Assembly (NCBI GenBank): GCA_035389045.1
Contig: DAOORA010000017.1
Span: 1-64,000 of the forward strand
Direction: 5' to 3'
Length of the DNA stretch: 64,000 bases
Source: Bacteroidales bacterium
GTDB taxonomy: Bacteria; Bacteroidota; Bacteroidia; Bacteroidales; CAIWKO01
Each line of letters opens with the position of its first letter. Position 1 is the first letter of the stretch. Below, piece by piece: positions 26,953 to 37,299 of this stretch. The position numbers and the translations under genes are program-made. The notes under the pieces are model-generated. The model saw nothing but the letters and a program-made list of their open reading frames with translations. It was not told the DNA's origin and did no database searches.

Positions 26953-28494
26953 TCATTCTTTTTGTATCTTTTTATAGATGGTTATCCCTTCGTCATAAGA
27001 AGTTATTACCCAAACGTAACGTTCTTTAATCATAGATAGAAACTGCACATCGTTCGGGAGCGAAGGATGCTGGTTTTCCTGAAGTATGGCCACATAATCT
27101 ACATTACTGTAAAAAAAATCCGAAACATTTCCCGAGTAATATTCTCCCCATACGCTTCTTATGGTGTCGGGGTGTTTCCATTTCAATGGGAAAAAATTTT
27201 GATCACACTCGTAATTATTATACATGACAAGGGTGTTTTCGGCTCCCATGTAATTTAACAGGTGGTTTTCAAGCCAGTGCGAGGAATAATTGACGCAGAA
27301 AACCCGCGCGTTTTTTTCGATTCTCAGACCGGCATCATATGCGTAATAGCTTCGCATGGAAAGATATGGAAGAATTTTCATATAATAATTCAGAAAGACG
27401 ACAGATACCGCCAAACTAAATACGATAAGCAGTATTTGTATCAGTTTTGGAATCCTTTGAATGGCGGTCCATGACCACCACAGCAGGAAAAACAAAAGAA
27501 GCAAACGGCTTTGAATGTAAAGTCCCCTGTCGAGAAAAAACAAGGTGACCACGTATAGCAGCAATAATATCAAGGCGTTAAACATCAGAAAGTAACCGGT
27601 CTTGTATTTTCGGGCAGTTAGCGCGCGTAATACAATAAATATCAGCACGGACGAAAAAAGAGCAAACAATATGGTGGTTAGCACGTGATAATCGTTGCTG
27701 AGTCCCTGCAGGGGGTATATTTCATAAATGTCGGCCAATATTTTTCCCCGGGAGATGTCGTTGGGCGGTTTGTCAAACTGATGGCGGTCGCTTCCCAGAA
27801 AATAGGCTGCGAGCAGCAACAAGCCGCCAATGGTGAGTGAAAAAAAAGTTTTCAGCGGGACAAGTATATCACGCAACAAATTCTTTACATGAAACTTGTT
27901 TTTTTGGAGCACAGGCCAGCCGAGGAACCATGCGAACATCCCCAGTGCAATCATAAACACAAAAACGTGCGAAAATTCCATCAGCAAAAACAAAACAATG
28001 ATAAAAATTTTTTCTTTCCGGTTATAAGTCCGGCTTTCTTTGTAAACAAAAGCCATCCATAAAAAGAAAAAAATCAAGGCTAAAAGAAAATTGTAAAACC
28101 CCAAAAAGAAAAATACGGAATAGGAAAAAGGAAAAATGATAAAGCTCAGGTATCGCGATGCATAATTTATCCGGCACACCATAAAGGCAAAAGTGGCAGG
28201 CAGTGCTACTACCAGCAGGATCAATAATATTTTTTGAGCAATCCAGGCCGGCACTGCCAGATGAAATAAAATAAGCAAAAAATGTCCTAACCAGTTGGTA
28301 AAGTAATTGTTGACCGCTACAAAATCGTTCACAGAGCTGTTGCCGTTTATCATTGCAGCAATCAGATTGGCATTGTATAGGTGAGAAGGTCCGTCGAGGG
28401 TAAGTATAAATGTGTTGAGTATTATGGGCAAGGTATTTAGCACACATGCTATCATAAATAAAATTAAGAATATTTTGTCTTTATAAATTTTCAT
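26953..28494 (-). CDS. Polytopic membrane protein, GT-C glycosyltransferase-like
   Basis: Many TM segments, 'TLDGPSHLYNA' acidic loop after TM1, 'FLGFYNFLLAL'; lies downstream of algI/algJ-like genes. Confidence 0.6.
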   Translation of the reverse strand: MKIYKDKIFLILFMIACVLNTLPIILNTFILTLDGPSHLYNANLIAAMINGNSSVNDFVAVNNYFTNWLGHFLLILFHLAVPAWIAQKILLILLVVALPATFAFMVCRINYASRYLSFIIFPFSYSVFFFLGFYNFLLALIFFFLWMAFVYKESRTYNRKEKIFIIVLFLLMEFSHVFVFMIALGMFAWFLGWPVLQKNKFHVKNLLRDILVPLKTFFSLTIGGLLLLAAYFLGSDRHQFDKPPNDISRGKILADIYEIYPLQGLSNDYHVLTTILFALFSSVLIFIVLRALTARKYKTGYFLMFNALILLLLYVVTLFFLDRGLYIQSRLLLLFFLLWWSWTAIQRIPKLIQILLIVFSLAVSVVFLNYYMKILPYLSMRSYYAYDAGLRIEKNARVFCVNYSSHWLENHLLNYMGAENTLVMYNNYECDQNFFPLKWKHPDTIRSVWGEYYSGNVSDFFYSNVDYVAILQENQHPSLPNDVQFLSMIKERYVWVITSYDEGITIYKKIQKE

Positions 28495-28531
28495 TGCAAC
28501 TGTTTTATATCCAAATTCCGTCCTAAATTAA

Positions 28532-29827
28532 TCAATTCAATCCCGATGGGTAGTTATCTTTGTTTTTAATTTCAAACTCGATGATTTCCTGTACGGAACG
28601 CCGATATTTTTTTGACAGTACCCGGTGCCGGAAAAAATGAAGGTCGTTTTTTTTCAACTCTTTGAGAGCCTCATAATCCTTGTTATAGTCGTCGGGAAAA
28701 TAAATTTTAAAGGCCTCGTCAATAAATCCCCAAAACCCGTAAAAAGCGTTCATCTCGGTAAAACCAACCAGGATAACATCTTGTTTTTCAAGTTCTTGCT
28801 GAAAATTAAGTTCCAGGGGAATTATTTTATAATCCCATATATCAGGCCAGATTCCCGAGAAATAGTACCAATATTGGTGACCGGAAAACAGGGAGTCAAC
28901 AATATGATTATTGATAAATCCCCAGTAATAACTGTCGCCTATGGTCAGCAGTTTGGGTTTCATTGCGCCGGGACCCGACTTATATCCAATTTGCGGATAA
29001 CACATTTCTGTATGCGGCAAATCAAATAATAGGTTCATGGTGGCCTCAATATCAAAATCCACATCTTTGATCTGGTCGGTAACGCTATAGCCCTGCCAAA
29101 CTATTTCAGGCATCTCAGTGCCGCGCAGCCGTGCAATAAAACGCGACAGGGTATCGGCGGCCTTATACATGCCGTAAGTACTCCAGTGCACTCCGTAGGT
29201 GGCGTACAAAGGATATGTGGAGGTGTCCTTCATAGCGCAAAACAGGGTGTTCAGATCCAGATGGTTGATTTGCATCTGCCGGGACTGTTGAGCAATGTAA
29301 TCCATATTGGAAATGGTTTTTTGGCCGGCATGATACCTGTCGGGGATATATTCGGGATAAAAACTGGCCTTACCGGCTTCCAGAACAAGGATAAGGTCGG
29401 TGTTACTGATCTTTTTCAGGGTGTCCTGCACCAGTCTGGTGCGGCGCAACAGTTCATCCCAGTATTTTTTCCCCAGGAAATTGCTGCCGGTATAGTCCAG
29501 GATATAGCCTTCTTCATACAAGCAATTGTTTTTACCTACCACTACGTTTCTGGCATCAGTTTTTTTGAAAAGGCTATAGTTTATCTGGTTATTGATCCTG
29601 ATCATGATCTGCCGGAAACCCAATGTATCTTCCAGATAGTTCGAAAATTTTTTCTGAAAAGATTCGTTAGTCCATGTCCTGAAATTGAGGGTGTCGGGTT
29701 TGGGTGAAGGCGAATAAAAGCCCTGCAGCTTTTTTATCTTAAAAATATGAAAATGTTGCTGTACCATAGGTAAAAACAGCATCGCAAGGATCAGTGGAAT
29801 TAATATTTTTTTTATAACTTTCAGCAT
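28532..29827 (-). CDS. AlgJ/AlgX-like SGNH O-acetyltransferase
   Basis: N-terminal anchor, 'VVVGKNNCLY', 'GVHWSTYG', 'IGDSYYW'; 1 nt from the MBOAT gene. Confidence 0.82.
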   Translation of the reverse strand: MLKVIKKILIPLILAMLFLPMVQQHFHIFKIKKLQGFYSPSPKPDTLNFRTWTNESFQKKFSNYLEDTLGFRQIMIRINNQINYSLFKKTDARNVVVGKNNCLYEEGYILDYTGSNFLGKKYWDELLRRTRLVQDTLKKISNTDLILVLEAGKASFYPEYIPDRYHAGQKTISNMDYIAQQSRQMQINHLDLNTLFCAMKDTSTYPLYATYGVHWSTYGMYKAADTLSRFIARLRGTEMPEIVWQGYSVTDQIKDVDFDIEATMNLLFDLPHTEMCYPQIGYKSGPGAMKPKLLTIGDSYYWGFINNHIVDSLFSGHQYWYYFSGIWPDIWDYKIIPLELNFQQELEKQDVILVGFTEMNAFYGFWGFIDEAFKIYFPDDYNKDYEALKELKKNDLHFFRHRVLSKKYRRSVQEIIEFEIKNKDNYPSGLN

Positions 29828-29828
29828 A

Positions 29829-31250
29829 TCAGAACCTGAAATAAATAAAAGGATTAAAACCCGAAGAAACCACAGCAGACGAACAAATCACAAATAAAAA
29901 AATACTTAAAATGCTTAAAAACAACACATTGCGATTTTTTTGTCCGGAGGCGTATGTCTGTTCCTGCCACTTTTCCACACCGCCAAAGGCTCCAAAAAAC
30001 GAAAAGAAAATTCCCACGGCCAGCATCACCACAAAACGTTTGTCAAAGTATAAGTCAGTTGACCTGAAACTAAAATCAAACAGCCGGGCGAAATAGTATT
30101 TTATTTGCTCGAGGCTTTCGCAACGAAATAGTACCCAACCCATTAGGGTGATGAAAAAAGTAAACAGTATACTTGGTAATTTTCCGATACGTTTTAAGAG
30201 TTTTAGCAGAAACAGGCGGTCAAGTATAAGAAACAGCCCGTGGAAAGCGCCCCATAAAATAAAATTCCATTCCGCGCCATGCCAGAATCCTGAGATAAGA
30301 AAGACAAATGCCAGGTTGAAATACATCCTCGGCACGGATACCCTGTTGCCGCCCAGCGAAATGTAAAGGTAATCTCGCATCCAGCGGCTCAGCGACATAT
30401 GCCAGCGCCGCCAGAACTCGGTGATGCTTTGGGAGATATAAGGATTATTGAAGTTTTCCGGGAAAATAAAACCCATCATCCGGGCCAGGCCTATAGCCAT
30501 ATCCGAATACCCCGAGAAATCAAAATATATCTGAAATGCATAGGCCAGCACCCCCAGCCAGGCCAGAGGGGTCGTCAGATCGTCAACACCAAGGGCAAAG
30601 ATTTTATCCGCCTCCTCACCCATCACATTCGCAATCAGAACTTTTTTTGCCAAACCTATGACAAACCTGAAAAACCCCAGCAGATGATTGTCCACCGTGA
30701 ACTGATAGCTTCTGTCTTCTATCTGGTCGGAAATTTCGTTAAAACGGATGATAGGACCGGCAATCAGTTGCGGAAAAAATAAAATATATAAAGCATAGTT
30801 CATGATGTTTTTCATCGGAGGTTTTACGCCACGATAAACATCTATAATATAACTCATCTCGTGAAAAGTAAAAAAGGAAATCCCAATGGGCAGCGCAATT
30901 TTTATCCATCGTATTTCTTCAAATCCCAAGGAATAAAGCAGCACATTAACATTGTCCACAAAAAAATTGGCGTATTTAAAATATACTAAAACGCCAACAT
31001 TCAGTGTGATGGCGAGAACTAGCAGTATCCTTTTTTTTCTGCCCTGCGACTTGTGAATAAATTTTGCGAAAAGAAAATCACAGATGATCGATCCGAAGAT
31101 CACAAAAACAAACAAAGGCGCACCCCAGGCATAAAAAACCACGCTGGCCAGCAAAGCAACCAGATTCTTATACCGGTTACTTGTTATGTAATATAAGAAC
31201 AGGGTGACCGGAAGAAAGAAAAACAGGAAGAGGACGCTGCTAAAAACCAT
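29829..31250 (-). CDS. algI: MBOAT family O-acyltransferase (AlgI/DltB-like)
   Basis: 'LPIGISFFTF', 'FFPQLIAGPI', 'QIYFDFSGYSDMAIG', 'FWRRWHMSLS', 'SGFWHGA', 'FNPFIYFRF'. Confidence 0.93.
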   Translation of the reverse strand: MVFSSVLFLFFFLPVTLFLYYITSNRYKNLVALLASVVFYAWGAPLFVFVIFGSIICDFLFAKFIHKSQGRKKRILLVLAITLNVGVLVYFKYANFFVDNVNVLLYSLGFEEIRWIKIALPIGISFFTFHEMSYIIDVYRGVKPPMKNIMNYALYILFFPQLIAGPIIRFNEISDQIEDRSYQFTVDNHLLGFFRFVIGLAKKVLIANVMGEEADKIFALGVDDLTTPLAWLGVLAYAFQIYFDFSGYSDMAIGLARMMGFIFPENFNNPYISQSITEFWRRWHMSLSRWMRDYLYISLGGNRVSVPRMYFNLAFVFLISGFWHGAEWNFILWGAFHGLFLILDRLFLLKLLKRIGKLPSILFTFFITLMGWVLFRCESLEQIKYYFARLFDFSFRSTDLYFDKRFVVMLAVGIFFSFFGAFGGVEKWQEQTYASGQKNRNVLFLSILSIFLFVICSSAVVSSGFNPFIYFRF

Positions 31251-31254
31251 GGGG

Positions 31255-34200
31255 TTATTTCATCAGGATGATACGTTGTGAAATAGCGGCATCCTCACCG
31301 ATAAAGCGATAATAATATATGCCGGAAGGGGTATTCTGGTGGTTTTCCCCGGTGCCGTCCCATATTATTTTATGGATACCTGCACTAAAATCACCCGACG
31401 CCAGCGTTTTTATTTTTTTACCATTCAGATCAAAGATGCTGAGGCTGATGGCCGAAGGCTGGTCAAGGATAAAGGAAATCGTTGTCTGATGAGTAAACGG
31501 GTTGGGAGAGGCCTGCAGATTGAAACGCAGGGTGGTGTTTTCATCAACCCGGCTGGTGTTTACCACCTGAAACGTTACCGGAACAGATACGCTGTCGGCA
31601 AAATTATAGGTCAGATGAACCAAGCAGTTATAGGTGTCGGGCAACAGGCTGTGAGAGTCGAAAATCAGTTTCAGCGAGCCGGTACTGTTAGCATCAATAC
31701 AACCGTAATGTACTTCGGGGGTGAGCCAGGTATGGGTGCTGTTGGCCGAAAAATTCGTGATTTGACATTGATACAGCGCCGGATTGGTAAGGCTGAAATT
31801 GGTAAAAGTTATAGAGTCTGTCGCAGAAGATTCTATTTCCTGTTCTTTGAAAATGGATACGGGATGCTGCACAACATCGGAACCGGTTTCTATGGAAGGC
31901 GGGAAGACGATATAGTCGAGCCATGCACAATCTTCGCCTTCACTGACTGAATAATCTTTTTTATAGGTCCATATAAATGTATGAATACCTGCGCTAACAG
32001 GATATTCGGAACGAATCCATGCTGTTTGCCCATCCCAGCGGCCTTTTTCAATGCCATCGATAAAAAAAGCCAGAAAATCATAGTCGGTAACACCGGGGTG
32101 ATCTTCACAGGAAACTTTTCTGTAAAAACTTACTGTACCACTGTTCAGTATATTCAGCGTTACGGCAAGGGAAGTCTGTTGGTTTTCCGAAATGTTTCCT
32201 GATTTCGTGCAATAGGATCCTTCAAAAGGCAACTGCGTGCTTACAAACCATGCCGAATCACCTGTAGTGGTAGCCACCCAGGGGAAACTGCTGAAATCAC
32301 TGGTTTCAAAATCTTCGGCGTTGCCGCCAATCTGTATCGTGAAAAACTTATGTGTGACGTATCCGCCGTCGGCGCTCAGCTTCAGGTTGAACACCGCCAG
32401 GTGTCCGTCGGGAACTGTATTGGCAATATGAATCACATAAAATCCCACAGAAGTATCGCCTCCGGCCAGGCTCGAAAAATACATGGAGTCGCTGATGACT
32501 GACACATAGGGATCGTTAGAGCTCAAAATTGCGGCGATATGATATGCTGTAGTGCCTCCGATATTTATGATGTCTGTCAGCACAGAGGCATTTTCACCCG
32601 GCTCCAGTATGTTATTGTTGCCATCAGCCACACCTATGGCGCCGATGTCTAATATCAGCGAACGCACCCGCAATGGTAAATTATAGTAAAACGTATCTGC
32701 TGCATTATATAACACCAGGTTTATATTGATAAGGTAATTGTCTGAAACAGCCGTATCCACCAAAAAGGAAAATGCATCCTGAAAAGCCACCGAATCGTCA
32801 GGAGCCAGGTTCCCGGCGGTTTCGATACTGTCTGTAAGGATTATGTGAACATCGTTGGAAGAAATTTTCATTTGGGCGTTGGGGAAAACATTGTTGCCGA
32901 TATTTTTCAGCGCCACGCTTAATAAAACGGTTTCGCCGGCATTGATTATCGTGTCGGGTCCGGCGCTGACACTGTGTGCTACCAGCACGCCTTCGGAGGA
33001 AAACAAAAGGGTTTTGGTGCTTTCTATATTATTGTTGTCGGTAACTTTAAAAGTAAGAGGGATGTTGTTGATTTCCGAAACCGGTGTACCATAAAACAAA
33101 CCACCGTCTGAGATTTTCATTTCAACGGGTATGGCAGGCGGGGTGAGGATTGCCACCCGAGTAACGGTGTTGACGTTTAACTTGCCGGAAAAGCTGGTGA
33201 ACTGATAATTGTTGTTGTTGCCTCTCGATACCGCACTGATCCAGCCGGTGGTGGATGCCACGCTGATGTTGTTGTAATACATTTCAAATTTTCCGTCGGG
33301 GAAAAGTTTAACCACCACATTGACACTGCTGCCCGATTGTCCTGAAACATAAGCCTTCCATCGAAAAGCCGCATACTGGCTGTTGCCTTCGTACCAAAAA
33401 CCCTGACCCGAACCAAAAACCAGGTCGGCCAGAAAAGGCGCAATCATTTTGGTGCTTTTGAATAATAAGACTTTATCAATAAGAAACGGCCAGGTAAACA
33501 CCTGATCGTCAAATTTTATATATCCGTCCGGGCTGATGTAAAGTTTATTGTATTTTTCACCATAAAACGGAAAGTCAAAACTGAGATTCTGAACGGCATA
33601 TCCTGTTGAATTAGCCACAAGTTGTATGGAAGTTACAGCCGGCGAAATGCCGCCTGAATAACTTTCTGAAAAATCGTATGCAAAATCCCAATGATAATCA
33701 GGGGTTCCGTTTGAAGCATTCAATTGAACAGCATAGGGCTCGTTTATAGTGCCATTGGGAAGGGAATTCGTCGTAATTCCTACCCTGCTGTAATTCACCG
33801 TCCTGTTCACCGACAAACGGGTTGTATCGTTGTTAATAAGATTCACATTCGTAGATGGGCAATCAATTTGGACAACTCCTGAGGTATAATCCATCATAGA
33901 GTAACTGATTATTTTACCCGTGTAGGTTCCGGATGGGTCTTTTTCGGCTACCTGTAAAAAATATTTTGCGTTTTGACCGGGTTGCACATACGTCAGCAAC
34001 GGGCTGATATCTAATCCGAATTCTATGCTTTTTGCCGCCTCCGTTGAATCGCCCTGCATATAATATTCACCGCCCTGAAAATTAAAAATCGGGAAATCCA
34101 GCACATACTGTGGTTTGATATCAGAAAGGTTTGTTGAAACGCCGGCAGTGACTTTTATTTTGTTTCTGCAGTCGTGCTGCAACCCGACTTTCATGGTAAG

Positions 34201-35247
34201 AAGGGGGTTATATTCCTGTTTCACATACTGGATTGAAACCCTGTGGTTCCATATTCCCCCGCTGCTGATATCGTCTGCAAGCGCCTTATACATCATATAA
34301 CAATATCCACCGTTTCCCCAGGCCGGACCAGCATATCCGTTAACAAATTTCAGCCCGCCGGTTTCCCAGTCATGCATGTCTACCACACCATCATAATTGA
34401 TATCGAGCGTATTGGTATAAAATCCATCCCCGTTGAAATCAAACCGGATAGAGTCGTTGTACCCGACTATGGTCCATGTATGGCTTGGACTAGTGCCCCA
34501 TGTCGACATTAAGGCTTTTCCTCCTTCTTCGGTGCCGGCAGGAAGTGTGGCATCGGGAGATCCGTATTTTGCATAAAAATTGGCCAGGCCTCCGACAGCG
34601 GAACCATCAAGATGATTATGCAGCCAGTTTTTCAGGATCATCAACCCCTCCGGAGTTCCAACCTGGATATTATATCCGGCATATAAACGATTGAGCATCG
34701 CATCATAATAAAGATCATAACCGGTCATCCAGCGTTTTTCGCCACCGGAATATAGTTCGCCTCCATAATCTTCCACATTGGGAGTGCCGCACATACGCAC
34801 GATCTCCCAGGAATCGTAATAACTGGCCCCGGTATAATTATGTCCGTTATTCAGAAAATTCCAGGCAAAATGTGTTACATAGCGGTTTTCGGGAATGTTA
34901 GACGGAAGGTTACGCAGCCGGTTAATCTCATACGTAAAATCGTTAGCAATACTTGCTGATTGCCCGCATTCGTAACCGGATTGCCAGGTTGTCGCAATCA
35001 TATATGACTGAATGGAATTATCAATTTTATACGGTAAGGTGACCTTATTTACCAGATCTGGTGGAACGATTAAATCAGGCAATGTTGCAATTTTCATCAG
35101 CTCCTTATCGGTAAGCATCGGCAGGGATTTCGACACAAAGCGATCCGGGTATTGCATAGAGTCCGACAGAATGAAATACTGCGGAAAAACAGTGCATGCA
35201 AACAGGCAGATGAATAGCACGACAGCTGAAAATGTTTTTGGAAACAT
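31255..35247 (-). CDS. Large T9SS-secreted protein with N-terminal papain-like (C1) peptidase domain, Ig-like domains and CTD
   Basis: 'WQSGYECGQSA' (Q..C), 'HTWTIVGYND', 'FVNGYAGPAWGNGGY', 'DINYDGVVD' Ca loop, C-terminal 'ASPNPF...WDG...SGIYYY'. Confidence 0.8.
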   Translation of the reverse strand: MFPKTFSAVVLFICLFACTVFPQYFILSDSMQYPDRFVSKSLPMLTDKELMKIATLPDLIVPPDLVNKVTLPYKIDNSIQSYMIATTWQSGYECGQSASIANDFTYEINRLRNLPSNIPENRYVTHFAWNFLNNGHNYTGASYYDSWEIVRMCGTPNVEDYGGELYSGGEKRWMTGYDLYYDAMLNRLYAGYNIQVGTPEGLMILKNWLHNHLDGSAVGGLANFYAKYGSPDATLPAGTEEGGKALMSTWGTSPSHTWTIVGYNDSIRFDFNGDGFYTNTLDINYDGVVDMHDWETGGLKFVNGYAGPAWGNGGYCYMMYKALADDISSGGIWNHRVSIQYVKQEYNPLLTMKVGLQHDCRNKIKVTAGVSTNLSDIKPQYVLDFPIFNFQGGEYYMQGDSTEAAKSIEFGLDISPLLTYVQPGQNAKYFLQVAEKDPSGTYTGKIISYSMMDYTSGVVQIDCPSTNVNLINNDTTRLSVNRTVNYSRVGITTNSLPNGTINEPYAVQLNASNGTPDYHWDFAYDFSESYSGGISPAVTSIQLVANSTGYAVQNLSFDFPFYGEKYNKLYISPDGYIKFDDQVFTWPFLIDKVLLFKSTKMIAPFLADLVFGSGQGFWYEGNSQYAAFRWKAYVSGQSGSSVNVVVKLFPDGKFEMYYNNISVASTTGWISAVSRGNNNNYQFTSFSGKLNVNTVTRVAILTPPAIPVEMKISDGGLFYGTPVSEINNIPLTFKVTDNNNIESTKTLLFSSEGVLVAHSVSAGPDTIINAGETVLLSVALKNIGNNVFPNAQMKISSNDVHIILTDSIETAGNLAPDDSVAFQDAFSFLVDTAVSDNYLININLVLYNAADTFYYNLPLRVRSLILDIGAIGVADGNNNILEPGENASVLTDIINIGGTTAYHIAAILSSNDPYVSVISDSMYFSSLAGGDTSVGFYVIHIANTVPDGHLAVFNLKLSADGGYVTHKFFTIQIGGNAEDFETSDFSSFPWVATTTGDSAWFVSTQLPFEGSYCTKSGNISENQQTSLAVTLNILNSGTVSFYRKVSCEDHPGVTDYDFLAFFIDGIEKGRWDGQTAWIRSEYPVSAGIHTFIWTYKKDYSVSEGEDCAWLDYIVFPPSIETGSDVVQHPVSIFKEQEIESSATDSITFTNFSLTNPALYQCQITNFSANSTHTWLTPEVHYGCIDANSTGSLKLIFDSHSLLPDTYNCLVHLTYNFADSVSVPVTFQVVNTSRVDENTTLRFNLQASPNPFTHQTTISFILDQPSAISLSIFDLNGKKIKTLASGDFSAGIHKIIWDGTGENHQNTPSGIYYYRFIGEDAAISQRIILMK

Positions 35248-35343
35248 ATAGGTAGGTTAAGCTTAGTGCAAATGTAAATAAATTAGGTTTAAAAAGGGAT
35301 TTATGCCGATAAATCGGAAAAGCCTATTTTTGCAAAAAAAAGA

Positions 35344-35916
35344 ATGAAACTGGTATTTGCGACAAATAATAAACACAAACTCGACGAAATACGCAATATT
35401 TTAGGGCGTTCCGGCCTGGAGATCGTCCCGTTAAAAGAGATAGGCTTCAGCGGGGATATACCCGAAACCGCAGATACACTCGAAGGCAATGCTCTGCAAA
35501 AGGCGCGTTACATCTATGACAGGTACCATGCAGATTGTTTTGCCGACGATACCGGCCTTGAAGTTGAATGTCTGAATGGCGCTCCCGGCGTGTACTCTGC
35601 CCGTTATGCCGGCGAAGGCTGCAATTTTGATGATAATATTGTTAAGCTGCTGAAAGAAATGAAGGACTGCAGCAGCCGGAGGGCTTGTTTCAAAACCGTG
35701 GTCGCCCTTATTATAGATGGTAAGGAACATATATTTACCGGAAAAGTTTGTGGTGCCATTTTACACGAACGCAGAGGCGTAGAAGGTTTTGGCTATGACC
35801 CGTTGTTTCTGCCCGATGGCTTTGAAAAAACTTTTGCCGAGATGCCGCCCGGAGAAAAGAACCGTATTAGCCACAGGTACCGTGCTATCGCGGCTCTTAG
35901 AGATTTTTTACTGTAA
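35344..35916 (+). CDS. rdgB: Non-canonical purine NTP pyrophosphatase (RdgB/HAM1)
   Basis: 'FATNNKHK', 'ADDTGL', 'PGVYSARY', 'GFGYDPLF', 'SHR'. Confidence 0.96.
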   Translation: MKLVFATNNKHKLDEIRNILGRSGLEIVPLKEIGFSGDIPETADTLEGNALQKARYIYDRYHADCFADDTGLEVECLNGAPGVYSARYAGEGCNFDDNIVKLLKEMKDCSSRRACFKTVVALIIDGKEHIFTGKVCGAILHERRGVEGFGYDPLFLPDGFEKTFAEMPPGEKNRISHRYRAIAALRDFLL

Positions 35917-35921
35917 TTAAT

Positions 35922-35949
35922 GCAGGATAAATTCATGAATTTATCCTGC
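35922..35949. repeat. Perfect 28-bp palindrome, REP-like
   Basis: GCAGGATAAATTCA|TGAATTTATCCTGC, intergenic between rdgB and purD. Confidence 0.8.
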
Positions 35950-36010
35950 GGTCTACGATAATGCCTCAAAAATTTGTTTATTTTTGGGTCAGAATACAGA
36001 TAATCAATTT

Positions 36011-37288
36011 ATGAATATTTTACTATTGGGTTCCGGTGGACGGGAACATGCTTTTGCATGGAAACTCATGCAAAGCCCTTTGCTGGAGAAACTATATATT
36101 GCTCCCGGAAATGCTGGTACGGCCTTGTGCGGGGAAAACATCAACTGCAGCCCGCTGGAGTTTGAAAAAATCGCGCAGATCGTCAGAGAAAAAAAGATCG
36201 GCCTTGTGCTGGCAGGCTCCGAAGATACGCTGGTGCATGGAATTTATGACTATTTTCAGTCGCACGATGATTTAATGCACATTCCCGTGATAGGCCCATC
36301 GCAAAAAGGCGCAAAGCTCGAAGGAAGCAAGGATTTTGCTAAAGCGTTCATGCAGAAATACAATATTCCCACGGCTGCTTACCGGACTTTTACTAAGGAA
36401 ACGCTGGAAGACGGCCTGTCTTTTATTGATGCATCAGAACCTTCCTATGTATTAAAGGCCGACGGCCTGGCAGCCGGAAAAGGTGTAGTGATATTAAACA
36501 ATGCCGATGATGCAAAAACAGAATTGGAACAGATGTTAGCCTGTTCGAAATTCGGGAAAGCAAGCGAGAAAGTGGTCATCGAGGAGTTTCTGAAAGGCAT
36601 AGAGCTTTCAGTTTTTGTGATTACCGATGGTGAACATTATCAAATACTGCCTGCCGCCAAAGACTATAAAAAAATAGGCGAGGGAGATACCGGCCCGAAC
36701 ACGGGGGGCATGGGCGCTGTTTCCGGAGTGCCGTTTGCCGGTGATGTTTTCATGAAAAAGGTGGAAGACAGGATCATAAAGCCAACGATTTTGGGAATTC
36801 AACAGGAAAAAATTATCTACAAGGGCTTTATTTTCTTTGGCCTGATGAATGTCGGCGGCGATCCTTATGTGATTGAATATAATGTACGTATGGGCGATCC
36901 CGAAACAGAAAGCGTGCTGCCGCGGATAAAAAACGACCTGCTTGAACTTTTGCTGGCAGCCTCAAACGGAACACTGAATGAGATTACCATGGAAATTGAC
37001 CCCCGTTTTGTCGCAACAGTTATGATGGTATCACAGGGGTATCCTTTTAACTATGAAAAAGGAAAGAAAATTGCTGGTCTGAACGCCGTCAGCGACAGTA
37101 TCGTTTTTCATGCAGGAACAACATACGACGACAATAATTCCATAGTAACCAATGGCGGCCGCGTGCTGGGTATCACTTCTTTCGGAACTACGCTGCAGCA
37201 GGCACTGGACAACTCCTATAAAAATGCAGCGGTTGTCAATTTTGAAGGGAAATATTACAGGCGTGACATTGGTAAGGATTTGAAATAA
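36011..37288 (+). CDS. purD: Phosphoribosylamine--glycine ligase
   Basis: 'LLLGSGGREHA', 'LEGSKDFAK', 'KADGLAAGKGV', 'GPNTGGMG', 'TNGGRVL'. ATG at 36011. Confidence 0.97.
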   Translation: MNILLLGSGGREHAFAWKLMQSPLLEKLYIAPGNAGTALCGENINCSPLEFEKIAQIVREKKIGLVLAGSEDTLVHGIYDYFQSHDDLMHIPVIGPSQKGAKLEGSKDFAKAFMQKYNIPTAAYRTFTKETLEDGLSFIDASEPSYVLKADGLAAGKGVVILNNADDAKTELEQMLACSKFGKASEKVVIEEFLKGIELSVFVITDGEHYQILPAAKDYKKIGEGDTGPNTGGMGAVSGVPFAGDVFMKKVEDRIIKPTILGIQQEKIIYKGFIFFGLMNVGGDPYVIEYNVRMGDPETESVLPRIKNDLLELLLAASNGTLNEITMEIDPRFVATVMMVSQGYPFNYEKGKKIAGLNAVSDSIVFHAGTTYDDNNSIVTNGGRVLGITSFGTTLQQALDNSYKNAAVVNFEGKYYRRDIGKDLK

Positions 37289-37299
37289 CTAAATATATT

